Source: an uncultured bacterium
GTDB taxonomy: Bacteria; Electryoneota; Electryoneia; Electryoneales; Electryoneaceae
Assembly: GCA_913009835.1 (NCBI GenBank)
Contig: CAJVXH010000001.1
Location: forward strand, 1,992-65,991
Direction: 5' to 3'
Length of the DNA: 64,000 nucleotides
Shown: positions 10,482-20,312 of the stretch, piece after piece
Layout of the letters: each line of letters begins with the position of its first letter
How positions within the stretch are numbered: the first letter of the stretch is position 1
Translations under genes and position numbers: made by a program
Notes under the pieces: generated by a model
What the model was told of the DNA's origin: nothing
Database searches by the model: none
What the model saw: the letters and a program-made list of their open reading frames with translations, nothing else

Positions 10482-12011
10482 TCAGATCGGAGTAGTATAA
10501 GGTGCATCGTGAAGAAATTCAGGCTTCTCTTCCGCTTCCTTCGCGATCTGACGCATGATGTCTACGAACCGATCCAAAGTTTCCTTTGTCTCGGTCTCAG
10601 TTGGTTCTATCATCATGGCTTCGTGCACGATCTGCGGGAAATAAATGGTTGGTGCGTGTATCCCGAAGTCGAGCAGACGTTTGGCGATATCTAATGCGCG
10701 AGCACCCTGCTTCGCTTGTTTGTCAGCGCTCAATACCACCTCATGCAGGCAACGATCAGGAAATGGTATATCGTAATCACTCTGTAGCAGGATTCTGAGA
10801 TAATTGGCATTGATGATCGCGGCTTGGGACACTTCCTGCAGCCCATCCTTACCATTGGCCAATATGTATGCGTAAGCTCGTGCCAAGATCAGAAAGTTAC
10901 CGAAATATCCTTGCATTTTTCCGATGGATTTGGGACGCGCCCAGTCGTGGAAAAAGATATTCTCTTCTTTACGTACCACAGGCGTTGGCAGATACGGTTC
11001 CAGTTTTTCGACGCAGCAAACTGGACCAGCTCCCGGACCTCCACCTCCATGTGGTGTGGAAAAAGTTTTGTGGACGTTAATGTGCATCACATCGAAGCCC
11101 ATCTTTGCCGGGGTGGTTATACCGAGCAGTGCGTTGAGGTTGGCACCATCCATATACATGAAGCCGCCAGCACGATGCACGATCTTCGAAATCTCCCTGA
11201 TGTTGCTCTCAAAAATGCCGAGGGTATTGGGATTGGTGATCATCATTCCGACGAGCCTTTCGTCGGCCACCTTGCGAACTTCTTCCGTGTCGACGGTGCC
11301 GTCTGGACCAGATTTCAATTCGATAACTTCGCAACCGGCAGCGTGAATCGTGGCTGGATTGGTGCCATGGGCAGAATCAGGGATGATGACTCGTTTCCTG
11401 ATGTTATCATTCTGGCTCGTATGATACTTCCGCATCATCAGCAGACCTGTCAGTTCTCCTGATGCGCCAGCTGGTGGTTGCAGGGTTACCCCAGCGAATC
11501 CGGTGATCGCCTTCAACTGTTCGCCGAGTTCATAGAGCACCTCGAGCGCTCCCTGGCAGAAGCGAGTCGGGGTGAAAGGGTGCAATTCCGACAGGTGGGG
11601 ATCGTTGACGATCTTCTCGTTCACCTTCGGATTGTATTTCATCGTGCATGAACCGAGTGGGTAAAAGTCGCGGTCCACATGGTGGTTTAGATTCGAGAGC
11701 CTGTGAAAATGGCGAATGATTTCGTTCTCGCTGACTTCGGACAGCGGTGCATCCTCCGCGCGCCGCAAGCCTATCGGTAAGGGCTCAGCGAGCGGAACAT
11801 CGGACTTAGGCAAGCGCACACCGCGCTGATCTGGAACAGACAACTCGTAGAGTAGTTTCTCCGGCATTGCATTTTGCATCTGTGGAAAGTCCTTCACCCA
11901 ATGGTATTGAAGATGGACGCTCGTCCCGTCCTGTTCAGACTCGTGCTTCAATCGAACTCGGAATATACGTCTCTTTACCCTGCCTCGTAGAGGGAGAGGG
12001 TGCATCTTCAT
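10482..12011 (-). CDS. gcvPB: Glycine dehydrogenase (decarboxylating) subunit 2, glycine cleavage system P-protein C-terminal subunit
   Basis: 509 aa with FYPLGSCTMKYNPK and the PLP-lysine region HINVHKTFSTPHGGGGPGAG, both diagnostic of GcvPB. Confidence 0.9.
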   Translation of the reverse strand: MKMHPLPLRGRVKRRIFRVRLKHESEQDGTSVHLQYHWVKDFPQMQNAMPEKLLYELSVPDQRGVRLPKSDVPLAEPLPIGLRRAEDAPLSEVSENEIIRHFHRLSNLNHHVDRDFYPLGSCTMKYNPKVNEKIVNDPHLSELHPFTPTRFCQGALEVLYELGEQLKAITGFAGVTLQPPAGASGELTGLLMMRKYHTSQNDNIRKRVIIPDSAHGTNPATIHAAGCEVIELKSGPDGTVDTEEVRKVADERLVGMMITNPNTLGIFESNIREISKIVHRAGGFMYMDGANLNALLGITTPAKMGFDVMHINVHKTFSTPHGGGGPGAGPVCCVEKLEPYLPTPVVRKEENIFFHDWARPKSIGKMQGYFGNFLILARAYAYILANGKDGLQEVSQAAIINANYLRILLQSDYDIPFPDRCLHEVVLSADKQAKQGARALDIAKRLLDFGIHAPTIYFPQIVHEAMMIEPTETETKETLDRFVDIMRQIAKEAEEKPEFLHDAPYTTPI

Positions 12012-12358
12012 ACATCTTCTCTTATAATCCTTCTCAGCAAATAATTATTGCGAGGCCGCTTCAATTCTTCGTTGACTCACCGGATGCATCCCTGTATATT
12101 CAGGGGTTCATTTTTAACCGGTCCACGTAGGGCCGGTTTCGTTTGCGGGGAAGGTAACGGAGATTACAGGGAGAGGTGTCGTGGGGGCAAGCTGTTGTAG
12201 TAGTGGCCAGTATTTGCTTCTTCCGGTATCCTATCTAAACCTGTCTGGTCTGCATTCTTCCTCTTACACGTTGTAATCGCACAACAGTCAACGCCAGCCC
12301 TTGCGAAAAGATTTTCGGGTTTGGTCAAAGAGCGCCTGTACGGCGCCGAACAGACGCA

Positions 12359-14455
12359 ATGGTTCGAATGAAAGGTTCCCATCTCTTCCGCACCCTGCTG
12401 ATTCTCGTGCTTGTGGTACTCGCAGTGGTTAATTTGTATCCAACCTTCCGAGGCACTCAGCTCGAAGACATTTTGCAGGCCAAACTACAGCGGATCAGCG
12501 ACGCTACAGGCACTCCCGTCAACATCCTGCGTGAAGACATTTTCCGCTTCGATGTCGACCTCGCTTATCGTATTCGTCATCAGGATGGAATTTCCGATGC
12601 TGACAAGGATGAGCTAGTCGATCTCGTGGAAGAACTTCGCACAGGGTTTTTCGAGGAGTTTGACCGGGTCAGTAGTAAATCGATCAAGCTCGGCTTGGAT
12701 TTGCAAGGTGGTATGCACCTGATTCTCGAGGTGAGCCTTGTCGATCTGATGGATCGTCTTGCGAAAAACACTGATGCGACTTACGAGGAGATCTCGCAAG
12801 CCATCAGGGTTATTCTGGATGAAGATCCTGCCTCGGAATTTGACCAGGTTGTGATGCAACAGTTCTCTGATCACAACATACCGATGGCGCGCTATTTCGG
12901 CGATCCTCGGCAGAGTGACCGTGAGATCGTCCGGATGTTGCAACAGCAAGCTGAGGAAGCTGTCGATCTTACTCTGACTAAGCTGCGCAACCGTATTGAT
13001 GAGTTCGGCGTCAGTGAACCATCAATCACACGGCAGGGCGCCCGTCGAATTGTTGTGGAGTTGCCGGGTGTGCAAGACCCAACCCGTGCCCGCAATCTGA
13101 TTGGACGGACAGCGTTGCTGGAGTTCCAGCTAGTTGCAGACGCCGAAATTACCGCACGTGTCGTCCGCGACCTTGACAATTTCCTTCTTGAGAGCGACGG
13201 TAATGTCGACCTCCTGACCGATGATGCCAGTACCGAAGAGGAACTGGTGGCTGAAGATGCCGCCGGAGTTGTTGAGGATGACGGCGCCTTGGCCACTGAC
13301 AGCCTTGCCGATGGCGAGGACATCACAGGTACTGAACGTCTCTTCGGTGAAGACGTCGAGGGCATTGGAGATACGGCCAGCCGTTTCGATGCCAGCCGTC
13401 CCTTCAGCAGTCTGCTGAGCCTCTTTGGTCGACAGATGGTAGTGCTCAAGGTTGATCGCGATCGCGTCGAGCGCATTCTCGGACGCCAGGAAGTCCAGGC
13501 GGTGATACCCCCCGACTACGAATTTCTCTGGGGACACAGCGAACAGACGGATCAACAGGGACGCGCGTTCTATTACTTGTTCCTGCTCAAGGAACGTGCA
13601 GAGCTGACCGGTAACGAACTATCTGATGCTCAAGTAACTATTGGCAGCGGCTCCGCCGATCCGACAACTGCTGGTCAGGCAATTGTCACTTTAACCATGA
13701 AGCGTGAAGGTGCGCGCCTGTTCGCCCGAGTTACTGAGAACAACATCGGCGAACAATTGGCAATCGTTCTGGACGACAAAGTCCACATGGCACCCAACAT
13801 CCGTTCGCGTATTCCAGATGGTCGCGCTATCATCGAAGGTCTTGACAGCGTTGAAGAAGCAGACGACCTGGCGATTGTTCTTCGTGCTGGTGCGTTACCC
13901 GCCCCGGTAAATATCATTGAAGAACGGACCGTCGGCCCGAGCCTTGGTAAAGATTCAATCCAGGCTGGAATGTTGAGCGCCATCTCAGGATTGCTTCTGG
14001 TCATGATCTTCATGGTCATATATTATCGCGGCAGCGGTTTGATCGCCGACATCGTCCTTATGCTGAACATCATTTTCCTGATGGCGGTGCTTGCCGGGTT
14101 CGGATTCACCTTGACATTGCCGGGTATTGCGGGCATCATTCTTACGATCGGTATGGCGGTGGATGCCAACGTGCTGATCTATGAACGAATCCGTGAAGAA
14201 CTTCGAGCTGGCAAGACAGTGTGGAACGCTGTGAGGAATGGTTATGACCGAGCGCTGGTCACCATTCTGGACGCGAACATTACGACCATGATCGCAGGTA
14301 TCATCCTCTACCAGTTTGGTACAGGTCCGATCCGTGGTTTCGCATTAACCCTGATGATTGGTATCGCCGCGTCGGTGTTCACCGCACTTGTTGTCAGCCG
14401 TGCGATTTTCGACTACATCACCGCCCACTGGTCGGTGAAAAAGCTGAGTATCTAA
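12359..14455 (+). CDS. secD: Protein translocase subunit SecD
   Basis: 698 aa with an N-terminal TM segment, LGLDLQGGMHLILEV, a large periplasmic domain, and C-terminal 6-TM SecD/SecF signature segments. Confidence 0.85.
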   Translation: MVRMKGSHLFRTLLILVLVVLAVVNLYPTFRGTQLEDILQAKLQRISDATGTPVNILREDIFRFDVDLAYRIRHQDGISDADKDELVDLVEELRTGFFEEFDRVSSKSIKLGLDLQGGMHLILEVSLVDLMDRLAKNTDATYEEISQAIRVILDEDPASEFDQVVMQQFSDHNIPMARYFGDPRQSDREIVRMLQQQAEEAVDLTLTKLRNRIDEFGVSEPSITRQGARRIVVELPGVQDPTRARNLIGRTALLEFQLVADAEITARVVRDLDNFLLESDGNVDLLTDDASTEEELVAEDAAGVVEDDGALATDSLADGEDITGTERLFGEDVEGIGDTASRFDASRPFSSLLSLFGRQMVVLKVDRDRVERILGRQEVQAVIPPDYEFLWGHSEQTDQQGRAFYYLFLLKERAELTGNELSDAQVTIGSGSADPTTAGQAIVTLTMKREGARLFARVTENNIGEQLAIVLDDKVHMAPNIRSRIPDGRAIIEGLDSVEEADDLAIVLRAGALPAPVNIIEERTVGPSLGKDSIQAGMLSAISGLLLVMIFMVIYYRGSGLIADIVLMLNIIFLMAVLAGFGFTLTLPGIAGIILTIGMAVDANVLIYERIREELRAGKTVWNAVRNGYDRALVTILDANITTMIAGIILYQFGTGPIRGFALTLMIGIAASVFTALVVSRAIFDYITAHWSVKKLSI

Positions 14456-14458
14456 GCC

Positions 14459-15379
14459 ATGCTTGAGATCTTTCGTGACGCATCCTACGACTTCCAAGGC
14501 AAGCGCCGTGTCGCATTTATAATCAGCGCTATTCTGATCGTTATTGGAATTATTGCCACTGTTGTCCGTGGCGGCCCGAACTATTCGATTGACTTCACTG
14601 GCGGTTTGCAGTCAGTGCTCCGCTTCGAAACCCCGGTTGATCAAAGCGATGTTCGTGATGCCGTTCACGATCTGGGTTACACCGATGCCGAAGTCAAGAC
14701 GATCACCGGTCGTGGCCAGCAGGATGTGATGATTCGAATTCCGATTCTCACTGGTCATGAGAGTGTCAGTGATGAGCTCCAAGCCGGATTACAAGCGCAC
14801 TTCGCGGACAATCCAATCACGGTTCGGAGCGTTGAAACAGTCGGCCCAAAGATTGGGCGCGAGTTGCGTAACTCAGCTATTCTCGCGATTGTTGCGTCCA
14901 TGTTCTTTATCGTCATCTACATCAGCTGGCGGTTTAAGTATCGTTACGCTATAGCTGCCCTGGCGGCGCTGATACATGACGTTCTGATCGTATTCGGGCT
15001 GTTCTCGATTCTCAACCTCCAGATCAGTCTCGCTGTGATCGCCGCGTTCCTGACAATCGTCGGTTACTCGCTGAACGATACCATCGTGGTGTTTGACCGC
15101 GTCCGTGAGAACGTTAGAAAATTACGTACCAAGGGATTCCAGGATCAGATTAACATCTCGATCAACGAGACTTTGTCGCGTACCGTGTTGACTTCGGGTA
15201 CAACGTTTATCGTTGTGTTTATCCTGTATTTGTTCGGTGGCGCTGTTCTCCATGATTTTGCTTTCGCACTGATGGCTGGTGTGATCGTGGGTACCTATTC
15301 TTCGATTTTCGTTGCGAGCCCAATTCTCATTGAGTGGGCTAATGCTCGTCCGGAAAAACGTTCGAAGAAACAGTTCTAA
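14459..15379 (+). CDS. secF: Protein translocase subunit SecF
   Basis: 306 aa immediately downstream of secD, with IDFTGG and the SecF TM pattern. Confidence 0.85.
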   Translation: MLEIFRDASYDFQGKRRVAFIISAILIVIGIIATVVRGGPNYSIDFTGGLQSVLRFETPVDQSDVRDAVHDLGYTDAEVKTITGRGQQDVMIRIPILTGHESVSDELQAGLQAHFADNPITVRSVETVGPKIGRELRNSAILAIVASMFFIVIYISWRFKYRYAIAALAALIHDVLIVFGLFSILNLQISLAVIAAFLTIVGYSLNDTIVVFDRVRENVRKLRTKGFQDQINISINETLSRTVLTSGTTFIVVFILYLFGGAVLHDFAFALMAGVIVGTYSSIFVASPILIEWANARPEKRSKKQF

Positions 15380-15400
15380 GTGTGTTGATGGTTTCCGTCT

Positions 15401-15429
15401 GCCCGGGGAACCTCCCGGGCATTTTTTTG
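15401..15429 (+). terminator. Rho-independent terminator after secF
   Basis: GC hairpin gcccggggaacctcccgggc followed by a T7 run. Confidence 0.6.
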
Positions 15430-15460
15430 CTTTGCATGTACGTACATTCAGTGAGCGAGA

Positions 15461-15742
15461 AAACAGGCCCGTGTTTGCTCGCATCCGGTTATCCAGTTGC
15501 TTCAGCTGGGGTTGCTTCTTGCCCCAGACATTTATGTCTGGGATGATCCGACGATGAATATGCCCCTGTTACCGCCGCAGGCGATAGCAGGGTTGATCCG
15601 CAAGTTACAAGGTAGGTGTTTGTTTTCTCAGGACTAAGGACCACAGTTGAATAATCCCTGCGAACCGCCAAAAAGACGGCGGGTCACAGGGGCATGTCAA
15701 ATAGCTGAGTTATCTGGATAACCGGATGCTCGCAAACGCAGA
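15461..15742. repeat. Roughly 280-bp repeat element copy B, inverted relative to copy A
   Basis: Reverse complement aligns with 1239-1520 over nearly its full length. Contains the cccagacatttatgtctggg palindrome shared with the 79-bp tandem unit. Confidence 0.7.
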
Positions 15743-15861
15743 TGATCCGCAGATTTGATCGACCTGATGCTTGTTCAGGGTTTCCGTGTTTTACAGCAGC
15801 TAGCATTCCGTAGTCAACAGCCAGATGCAGATATGTACATCACGTCGAAGGGGGCAGTCCC

Positions 15862-17160
15862 ATGGCAGTTACCGCCATTGTAGGATGTCAGTGGGGTGAC
15901 GAAGGCAAGGGTAAGATCGTCGACCTGCTCAGCGAGCCAGCGGATATCGTTGCACGTTACCAGGGTGGTCCGAACGCCGGCCATACGGTTGTACACGAAG
16001 GTGAAGAGACTATTCTTCACCAGATTCCTTCCGGTATTCTGCATCCCAATGTGATCTGTCTTCTGGGTAGTGGATCTGTAATAGACCCACGCATCCTTTT
16101 CGAGGAGATTGAACAACTCGAAAGCCGGGGTGTGAAGGTCAAAGGGCGTTTGTTCATCAGCCATAAAGCCCACTTGATCATGCCCTACCATCGTGCCATC
16201 GATGAAGCCGCTGAACATGCTGCTGGCAAGTCCAGGATTGGAACAACCGGCAGAGGTATCGGTCCAGCTTATACGGACAAGTATCAACGTTGCGGTATTC
16301 GAATCGTAGATCTGCTCGACCGCGATCACCTCGAGAAGAAGTTGCGGGCAAATCTCGCCGACAAGAATAAACTGCTGCGTGACTATTACAAGAGCAGCGA
16401 ACTCGATGTTAACCGTATCGTTGATGAGTACATCGACTTCGACAGAAAAGCCGATCCCTACATCAAGGATGTATCCGTATTTCTGGACGACGCAATTGCT
16501 GAAGGCAAGAATGTACTTCTTGAGGGCGCTCAAGGCACTCTGCTGGATGTTGATCACGGTACCTACCCATTCGTCACCAGCTCAAATCCGAGCGCTGGTG
16601 CAGCCGCGACAGGACTTGGTATTGGTCCACGTCGAATCACGCACGTTGTGGGCGTATTGAAGGCCTATACAACTCGCGTTGGTAACGGTCCCTTCCCCAC
16701 CGAACTGGACGAACCATTGCAATCTCAGTTCCGCAAATGGGGCGGCGAATATGGTGCGACTACGGGCCGTGCACGTCGATGTGGCTGGCTGGATCTGGTG
16801 ATCGGACGCTATTCAGCACGTATCAATGGTCTGGATTCATGGGCGATTACCAAGCTGGATGTACTGAGCCAGCTGGACGAGATCCATGTGTGTACCTCTT
16901 ACAAGTATAAGGGACGTGAGGTCAGACATTTCCCGGCGGAGCCTTGGGTTTTGGACGAAGTACAGCCGGTGTATGAAACCTTGCCTGGTTGGAAGGAAGA
17001 CATCAGCGATGTGCGTCATTATGACGATCTGCCAGCATCATGCCGTTCCTATCTCGATTTCATTAAAGATCAGACTGGAGTACCAATAGGTCTGATCAGT
17101 GTCGGCGCGGAACGTGGCGCCTATATACCGCTTTCGGACGAGGTCTTGGGGTTGGCATAG
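15862..17160 (+). CDS. purA: Adenylosuccinate synthetase
   Basis: 432 aa with an N-terminal GCQWGDEGKGKIVD P-loop, GPNAGHTV, and the full-length PurA pattern. Confidence 0.95.
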   Translation: MAVTAIVGCQWGDEGKGKIVDLLSEPADIVARYQGGPNAGHTVVHEGEETILHQIPSGILHPNVICLLGSGSVIDPRILFEEIEQLESRGVKVKGRLFISHKAHLIMPYHRAIDEAAEHAAGKSRIGTTGRGIGPAYTDKYQRCGIRIVDLLDRDHLEKKLRANLADKNKLLRDYYKSSELDVNRIVDEYIDFDRKADPYIKDVSVFLDDAIAEGKNVLLEGAQGTLLDVDHGTYPFVTSSNPSAGAAATGLGIGPRRITHVVGVLKAYTTRVGNGPFPTELDEPLQSQFRKWGGEYGATTGRARRCGWLDLVIGRYSARINGLDSWAITKLDVLSQLDEIHVCTSYKYKGREVRHFPAEPWVLDEVQPVYETLPGWKEDISDVRHYDDLPASCRSYLDFIKDQTGVPIGLISVGAERGAYIPLSDEVLGLA

Positions 17161-17162
17161 AC

Positions 17163-17199
17163 ATTGTGTCATCCTGAACGAAGTGAAGGATCTCATAGT
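17163..17199. repeat. Solo copy of the 37-bp A-module of the 79-bp repeat unit
   Basis: gtcatcctgaacgaagtgaaggatctcatagttgacc matches the first half of the tandem unit. Confidence 0.5.
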
Positions 17200-17358
17200 T
17201 GACCTTACTATCAGCCCAAGAAAATATGTCTCGGAGCACTTTGAACGGACTCAATTGTTTGTGATATTCGCAGCCGTTTGGTAGAGACAAGATGTTGTCC
17301 AGGTACGTTGAGTTGTGTTGATTCTCCAGATTTGACATGTGTGAGACATTTGTAGTTT

Positions 17359-17431
17359 GAGGATGTAGCTCAGTTGGTAGAGCAGGGGCCTTTTAAGCCC
17401 AAGGCCGAGGGTTCGAGTCCCTCCATCCTCA
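17359..17431 (+). tRNA. tRNA-Lys (anticodon TTT)
   Basis: Hand-folded cloverleaf: acceptor gaggatg/catcctc, D-stem gctc/gagc, anticodon loop cttttaa (TTT), T-arm gaggg-ttcgagt-ccctc, discriminator A. No encoded CCA. Confidence 0.85.
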
Positions 17432-17432
17432 C
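17386..17432 (+). repeat. attL core (3' part of tRNA-Lys) of the integrated island
   Basis: 47 bp from the anticodon stem to the tRNA 3' end is repeated, with 3 mismatches, at 54763-54809. Confidence 0.6.
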
Positions 17433-17442
17433 TTGAATATTA

Positions 17443-17479
17443 AGGACTTACGGTTACTCCGTGAGTCCTTTTTCTTTTC
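17443..17479 (+). terminator. Rho-independent terminator following tRNA-Lys
   Basis: 12-bp stem aaggacttacgg/ccgtgagtcctt (one G.U pair) followed by tttctttt. Confidence 0.55.
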
Positions 17480-17480
17480 A

Positions 17481-17503
17481 TGGCACACTAGTGGCACACT
17501 CAG
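17481..17503 (+). promoter_or_regulatory. Putative integrase arm-type binding site (2 x tggcacact), left end
   Basis: tggcacact-ag-tggcacact sits just inside attL. A near-identical 23-mer occurs just inside attR at 54631-54653. Confidence 0.4.
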
Positions 17504-17531
17504 CTTTTTTATTGTATATTGTTGGGAGTGA

Positions 17532-18629
17532 TTGTTACATGAGGTGACCATGGCAACGATACGCAAACGTACTACCAGAGACGGGTCTGTTTCCTACCAC
17601 GTTCAGATTCGGAAAAAGGGATTCCCCACCGAAACCACGTCCTTCTCCAATTTGACTCATGCCAAACGCTGGGCAAACCAAACTGAAACTGATATGGATG
17701 AAGGGCGTTACTTCAGAAACACTGAGGCGAAACGTCACACGGTCGAAGAAGCAATTGACCGATATCTGAAAGAAGTCCTTCCAAGGTATAAGGACCAAGC
17801 AAAACCATTGGTCCATTTGCGATTCTGGAAAGAGCGGATCGGGCACATGCTGCTGTCCGAACTGAAGACCGCAAAGGTTGTTCAGGAACGTGATCGTCTT
17901 CTTCGTGATGACAACCATCCAGGTGCAAAGATGAATCGTTCCTTCGGTCCTGCTACAGCGAACAGATACACCACCTCCCTCTCCCGTGTGCTGTCAGTAT
18001 GTGCTCGTGACTGGGGCTGGCTCGAGCAATCCCCGATGCGAGGCTTCAGGAAGCTGAAGGAAACACGTGGTCGTGTTCGCTATCTGTCCGATGATGAACG
18101 AGCTCGCATTCTGGCAGTTTGCCAAAGCAGTTCAAATCCCGACCTTTACCTTGCAGTCATACTCGCACTTTCAACCGGAGCTCGAAGAAGCGAACTGTGG
18201 AATCTCCGCTGGTCACAGATCGACTTGGCTGGTCAAAAAATCATCTTGGACGAAACAAAGAACGATGAGCGTCGCGTGCTTCCTATTTTTGGCAAGGCTC
18301 ATGAACTCCTGACCGAACGATCCATTACGCAACGCCGTCTTGATACCGATCTCCTCTTCCCTGGTCGAACAAATCCCAAGATTCCACAAGACCTCACTCA
18401 TCCATGGCAACGCGCTATCCAGGAAGCGAAAATCGTGGACTTTCGCTGGCACGACCTCCGCCACAGTGCAGCAAGCTACCTCGCCATGTCTGGAGCAACA
18501 CCTACTGATATCGCGGCAATCCTTGGTCACAAAACCTTGCAGATGGTCAAACGGTATGCACACCTCAGTGAACCACATACTGCAAGTGTGGTAGAGCGGA
18601 TGAACAAAAAATTTATGGGTGAATCGTGA
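17532..18629 (+). CDS. int: Tyrosine-type site-specific integrase
   Basis: 365 aa with a C-terminal catalytic region WHDLRHSAASYLAMSGATPTDIAAILGHKTLQMVKRYAHL (R..HxxR..Y pattern). The likely true start is MATIRKR at 17550. Confidence 0.9.
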   Translation: MLHEVTMATIRKRTTRDGSVSYHVQIRKKGFPTETTSFSNLTHAKRWANQTETDMDEGRYFRNTEAKRHTVEEAIDRYLKEVLPRYKDQAKPLVHLRFWKERIGHMLLSELKTAKVVQERDRLLRDDNHPGAKMNRSFGPATANRYTTSLSRVLSVCARDWGWLEQSPMRGFRKLKETRGRVRYLSDDERARILAVCQSSSNPDLYLAVILALSTGARRSELWNLRWSQIDLAGQKIILDETKNDERRVLPIFGKAHELLTERSITQRRLDTDLLFPGRTNPKIPQDLTHPWQRAIQEAKIVDFRWHDLRHSAASYLAMSGATPTDIAAILGHKTLQMVKRYAHLSEPHTASVVERMNKKFMGES

Positions 18630-19414
18630 ACGAAAAAGACACGGCAAGGCTCAAGGAAATTGAGAACAGCATCAATGAGCTCAAAAAACAACATTTAGAA
18701 ACAACCGATCCCAAAGAGAAATCAGATCTCGACTACGACATTTATCACCTTGATGTCGACAAACGTGCAATTCTAAGGGAACAGCCGAGAGATCTTGATT
18801 ATTGGCTTAATATGGATTCCTGGAAGCTGTGGGAAGCGCTTGAGTTGTTAATCGGAAGAACGCCAACATCAGAACAGAGAAGTAGTTTCAGAGAGAATTA
18901 TGATGAAGCAGAAGATCACTGGGTTATAGATTATGTGTATTTCACAAAAACAGATGGAATGTTCACAGAAGATATCTTGGATTTACTACATCGCGTTAAA
19001 ATAAGTAAATCAATTAAACTGATCGAAGAAAAGAAAGAGGAATCTCTATTAAGTGTTGTCAAACCGGTTGATTTTGTATTATGGGCATCAAGAAAGAAGA
19101 TACCAATCCCAGAGAAAATGATAGAAATAATGAGCGTAGACAAAGACGGGAATGAGCCAGAACCGCTCTCCGCAAAGGAAAAACGAGATCTAGGAACACT
19201 GAGACAGTTCAAAGAAAACAGGAAGGATATGATAAAAGCTGCTGTTCTAGCTACTCTTCTATGTATGGAGAAACCACAGGAGATTCCAAAGAATGATCTC
19301 AAACATATGCTTCAAGAAGAAGGATTAGATTTTACAAATGATGACTTTAATGAGATATGCAAATGTATTCCTAACAAGTTTAGAAAGGGTCCTGGTGCTC
19401 CGAAAAAGAAGTAA
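18626..19414 (+). CDS. Hypothetical protein (island)
   Basis: 262-aa ORF with a GTG start overlapping the int stop. Charged and coiled-coil rich, with no recognisable motif. Confidence 0.4.
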   Translation: MNEKDTARLKEIENSINELKKQHLETTDPKEKSDLDYDIYHLDVDKRAILREQPRDLDYWLNMDSWKLWEALELLIGRTPTSEQRSSFRENYDEAEDHWVIDYVYFTKTDGMFTEDILDLLHRVKISKSIKLIEEKKEESLLSVVKPVDFVLWASRKKIPIPEKMIEIMSVDKDGNEPEPLSAKEKRDLGTLRQFKENRKDMIKAAVLATLLCMEKPQEIPKNDLKHMLQEEGLDFTNDDFNEICKCIPNKFRKGPGAPKKK

Positions 19415-19540
19415 GTAAAACCCACCTAAACATTACCAATCCCAAGCCCAATAAGGTTTGGGATCTTTTTTTGCCATTTCCCACATCGTACAATTTCCAG
19501 CAAGATTCGACGGCACTCATCAACGAAAGAGGAGTTCAAA

Positions 19541-19750
19541 ATGGAAAGATCAAGGTTTTTGACCGTCAAGCAGGTTGTTGCTGAGGGATTATATCCCAAC
19601 GAAGGGGGATTGCGGTGGTTGGTTTTCAACAGTCGCAAGAACGGAATTGGTAAGGCGATTCGCAGAGTTGGTTCGCGAGTCCTGATCGATGAACTCGAGT
19701 TCCATCGATGGATGGCTAAACAAGCTGAGGAGCAGAACCATGAGAGTTGA
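19541..19750 (+). CDS. AlpA/excisionase-like helix-turn-helix protein
   Basis: 69 aa with LTVKQVVAEGL...RWLVF...RVGSRVLIDELEFHRWM, the pattern of phage AlpA/Xis-type HTH proteins. Located between int and the primase. Confidence 0.5.
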   Translation: MERSRFLTVKQVVAEGLYPNEGGLRWLVFNSRKNGIGKAIRRVGSRVLIDELEFHRWMAKQAEEQNHES

Positions 19751-20312
19751 TCCATACAGCAGATTTGTTCAAGCACTTAAATCGAGAGGTTTGCTCGTCT
19801 CAGAGAGAGATGGGAAGGGAACTGCTCGTTGTCCAGCACATGATGATCGGCATGCATCGCTTTCATTCTGTCGTGGTGATGACGGAAAACTACTCGTCAA
19901 ATGTCATGCTGGATGTGAGTTTGGAGACATCATGCACGCGTTAGGACTAGAACAAACTGATGCATTTATTGAGAACCTCAATGGAAATGCCCATCATAAT
20001 AGTACCGTGAATATCAAGAACAAGACCAAGCGCAAGAAAGTTGCGGAATACATCTATCGGGACGAACATGGCATAGAACAGGCACGGAAGGTCAGATTTT
20101 CCGATAAGTCATTCTCTTGGATACGAAACGGCAAGTGGGGCTTGAACGACTGGAAGCCACCGCTCTACAACCTTCACCTGTTGTACCAAGACAAAGACAG
20201 TCCCGTGTTGATGGTGGAAGGGGAAAAGGATGCCGACACACTCACACGTCTTGGATTCCTTGCTGTTTCGCCGCCAAACGGTGCGAGTATTAACCAGGTG
20301 TTAATAAAATGA
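19689..20312 (+). CDS. Primase N-terminal part: zinc-binding domain plus the first half of Toprim
   Basis: CPAHDDRHASLSF...VKCHAGCEFGDIMHALGL is a CHC2-like Zn finger. LMVEGEKDADTL is the Toprim catalytic Glu. An alternative start lies at 19740 (MRVDPYSRF). Confidence 0.6.
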   Translation: MNSSSIDGWLNKLRSRTMRVDPYSRFVQALKSRGLLVSERDGKGTARCPAHDDRHASLSFCRGDDGKLLVKCHAGCEFGDIMHALGLEQTDAFIENLNGNAHHNSTVNIKNKTKRKKVAEYIYRDEHGIEQARKVRFSDKSFSWIRNGKWGLNDWKPPLYNLHLLYQDKDSPVLMVEGEKDADTLTRLGFLAVSPPNGASINQVLIK

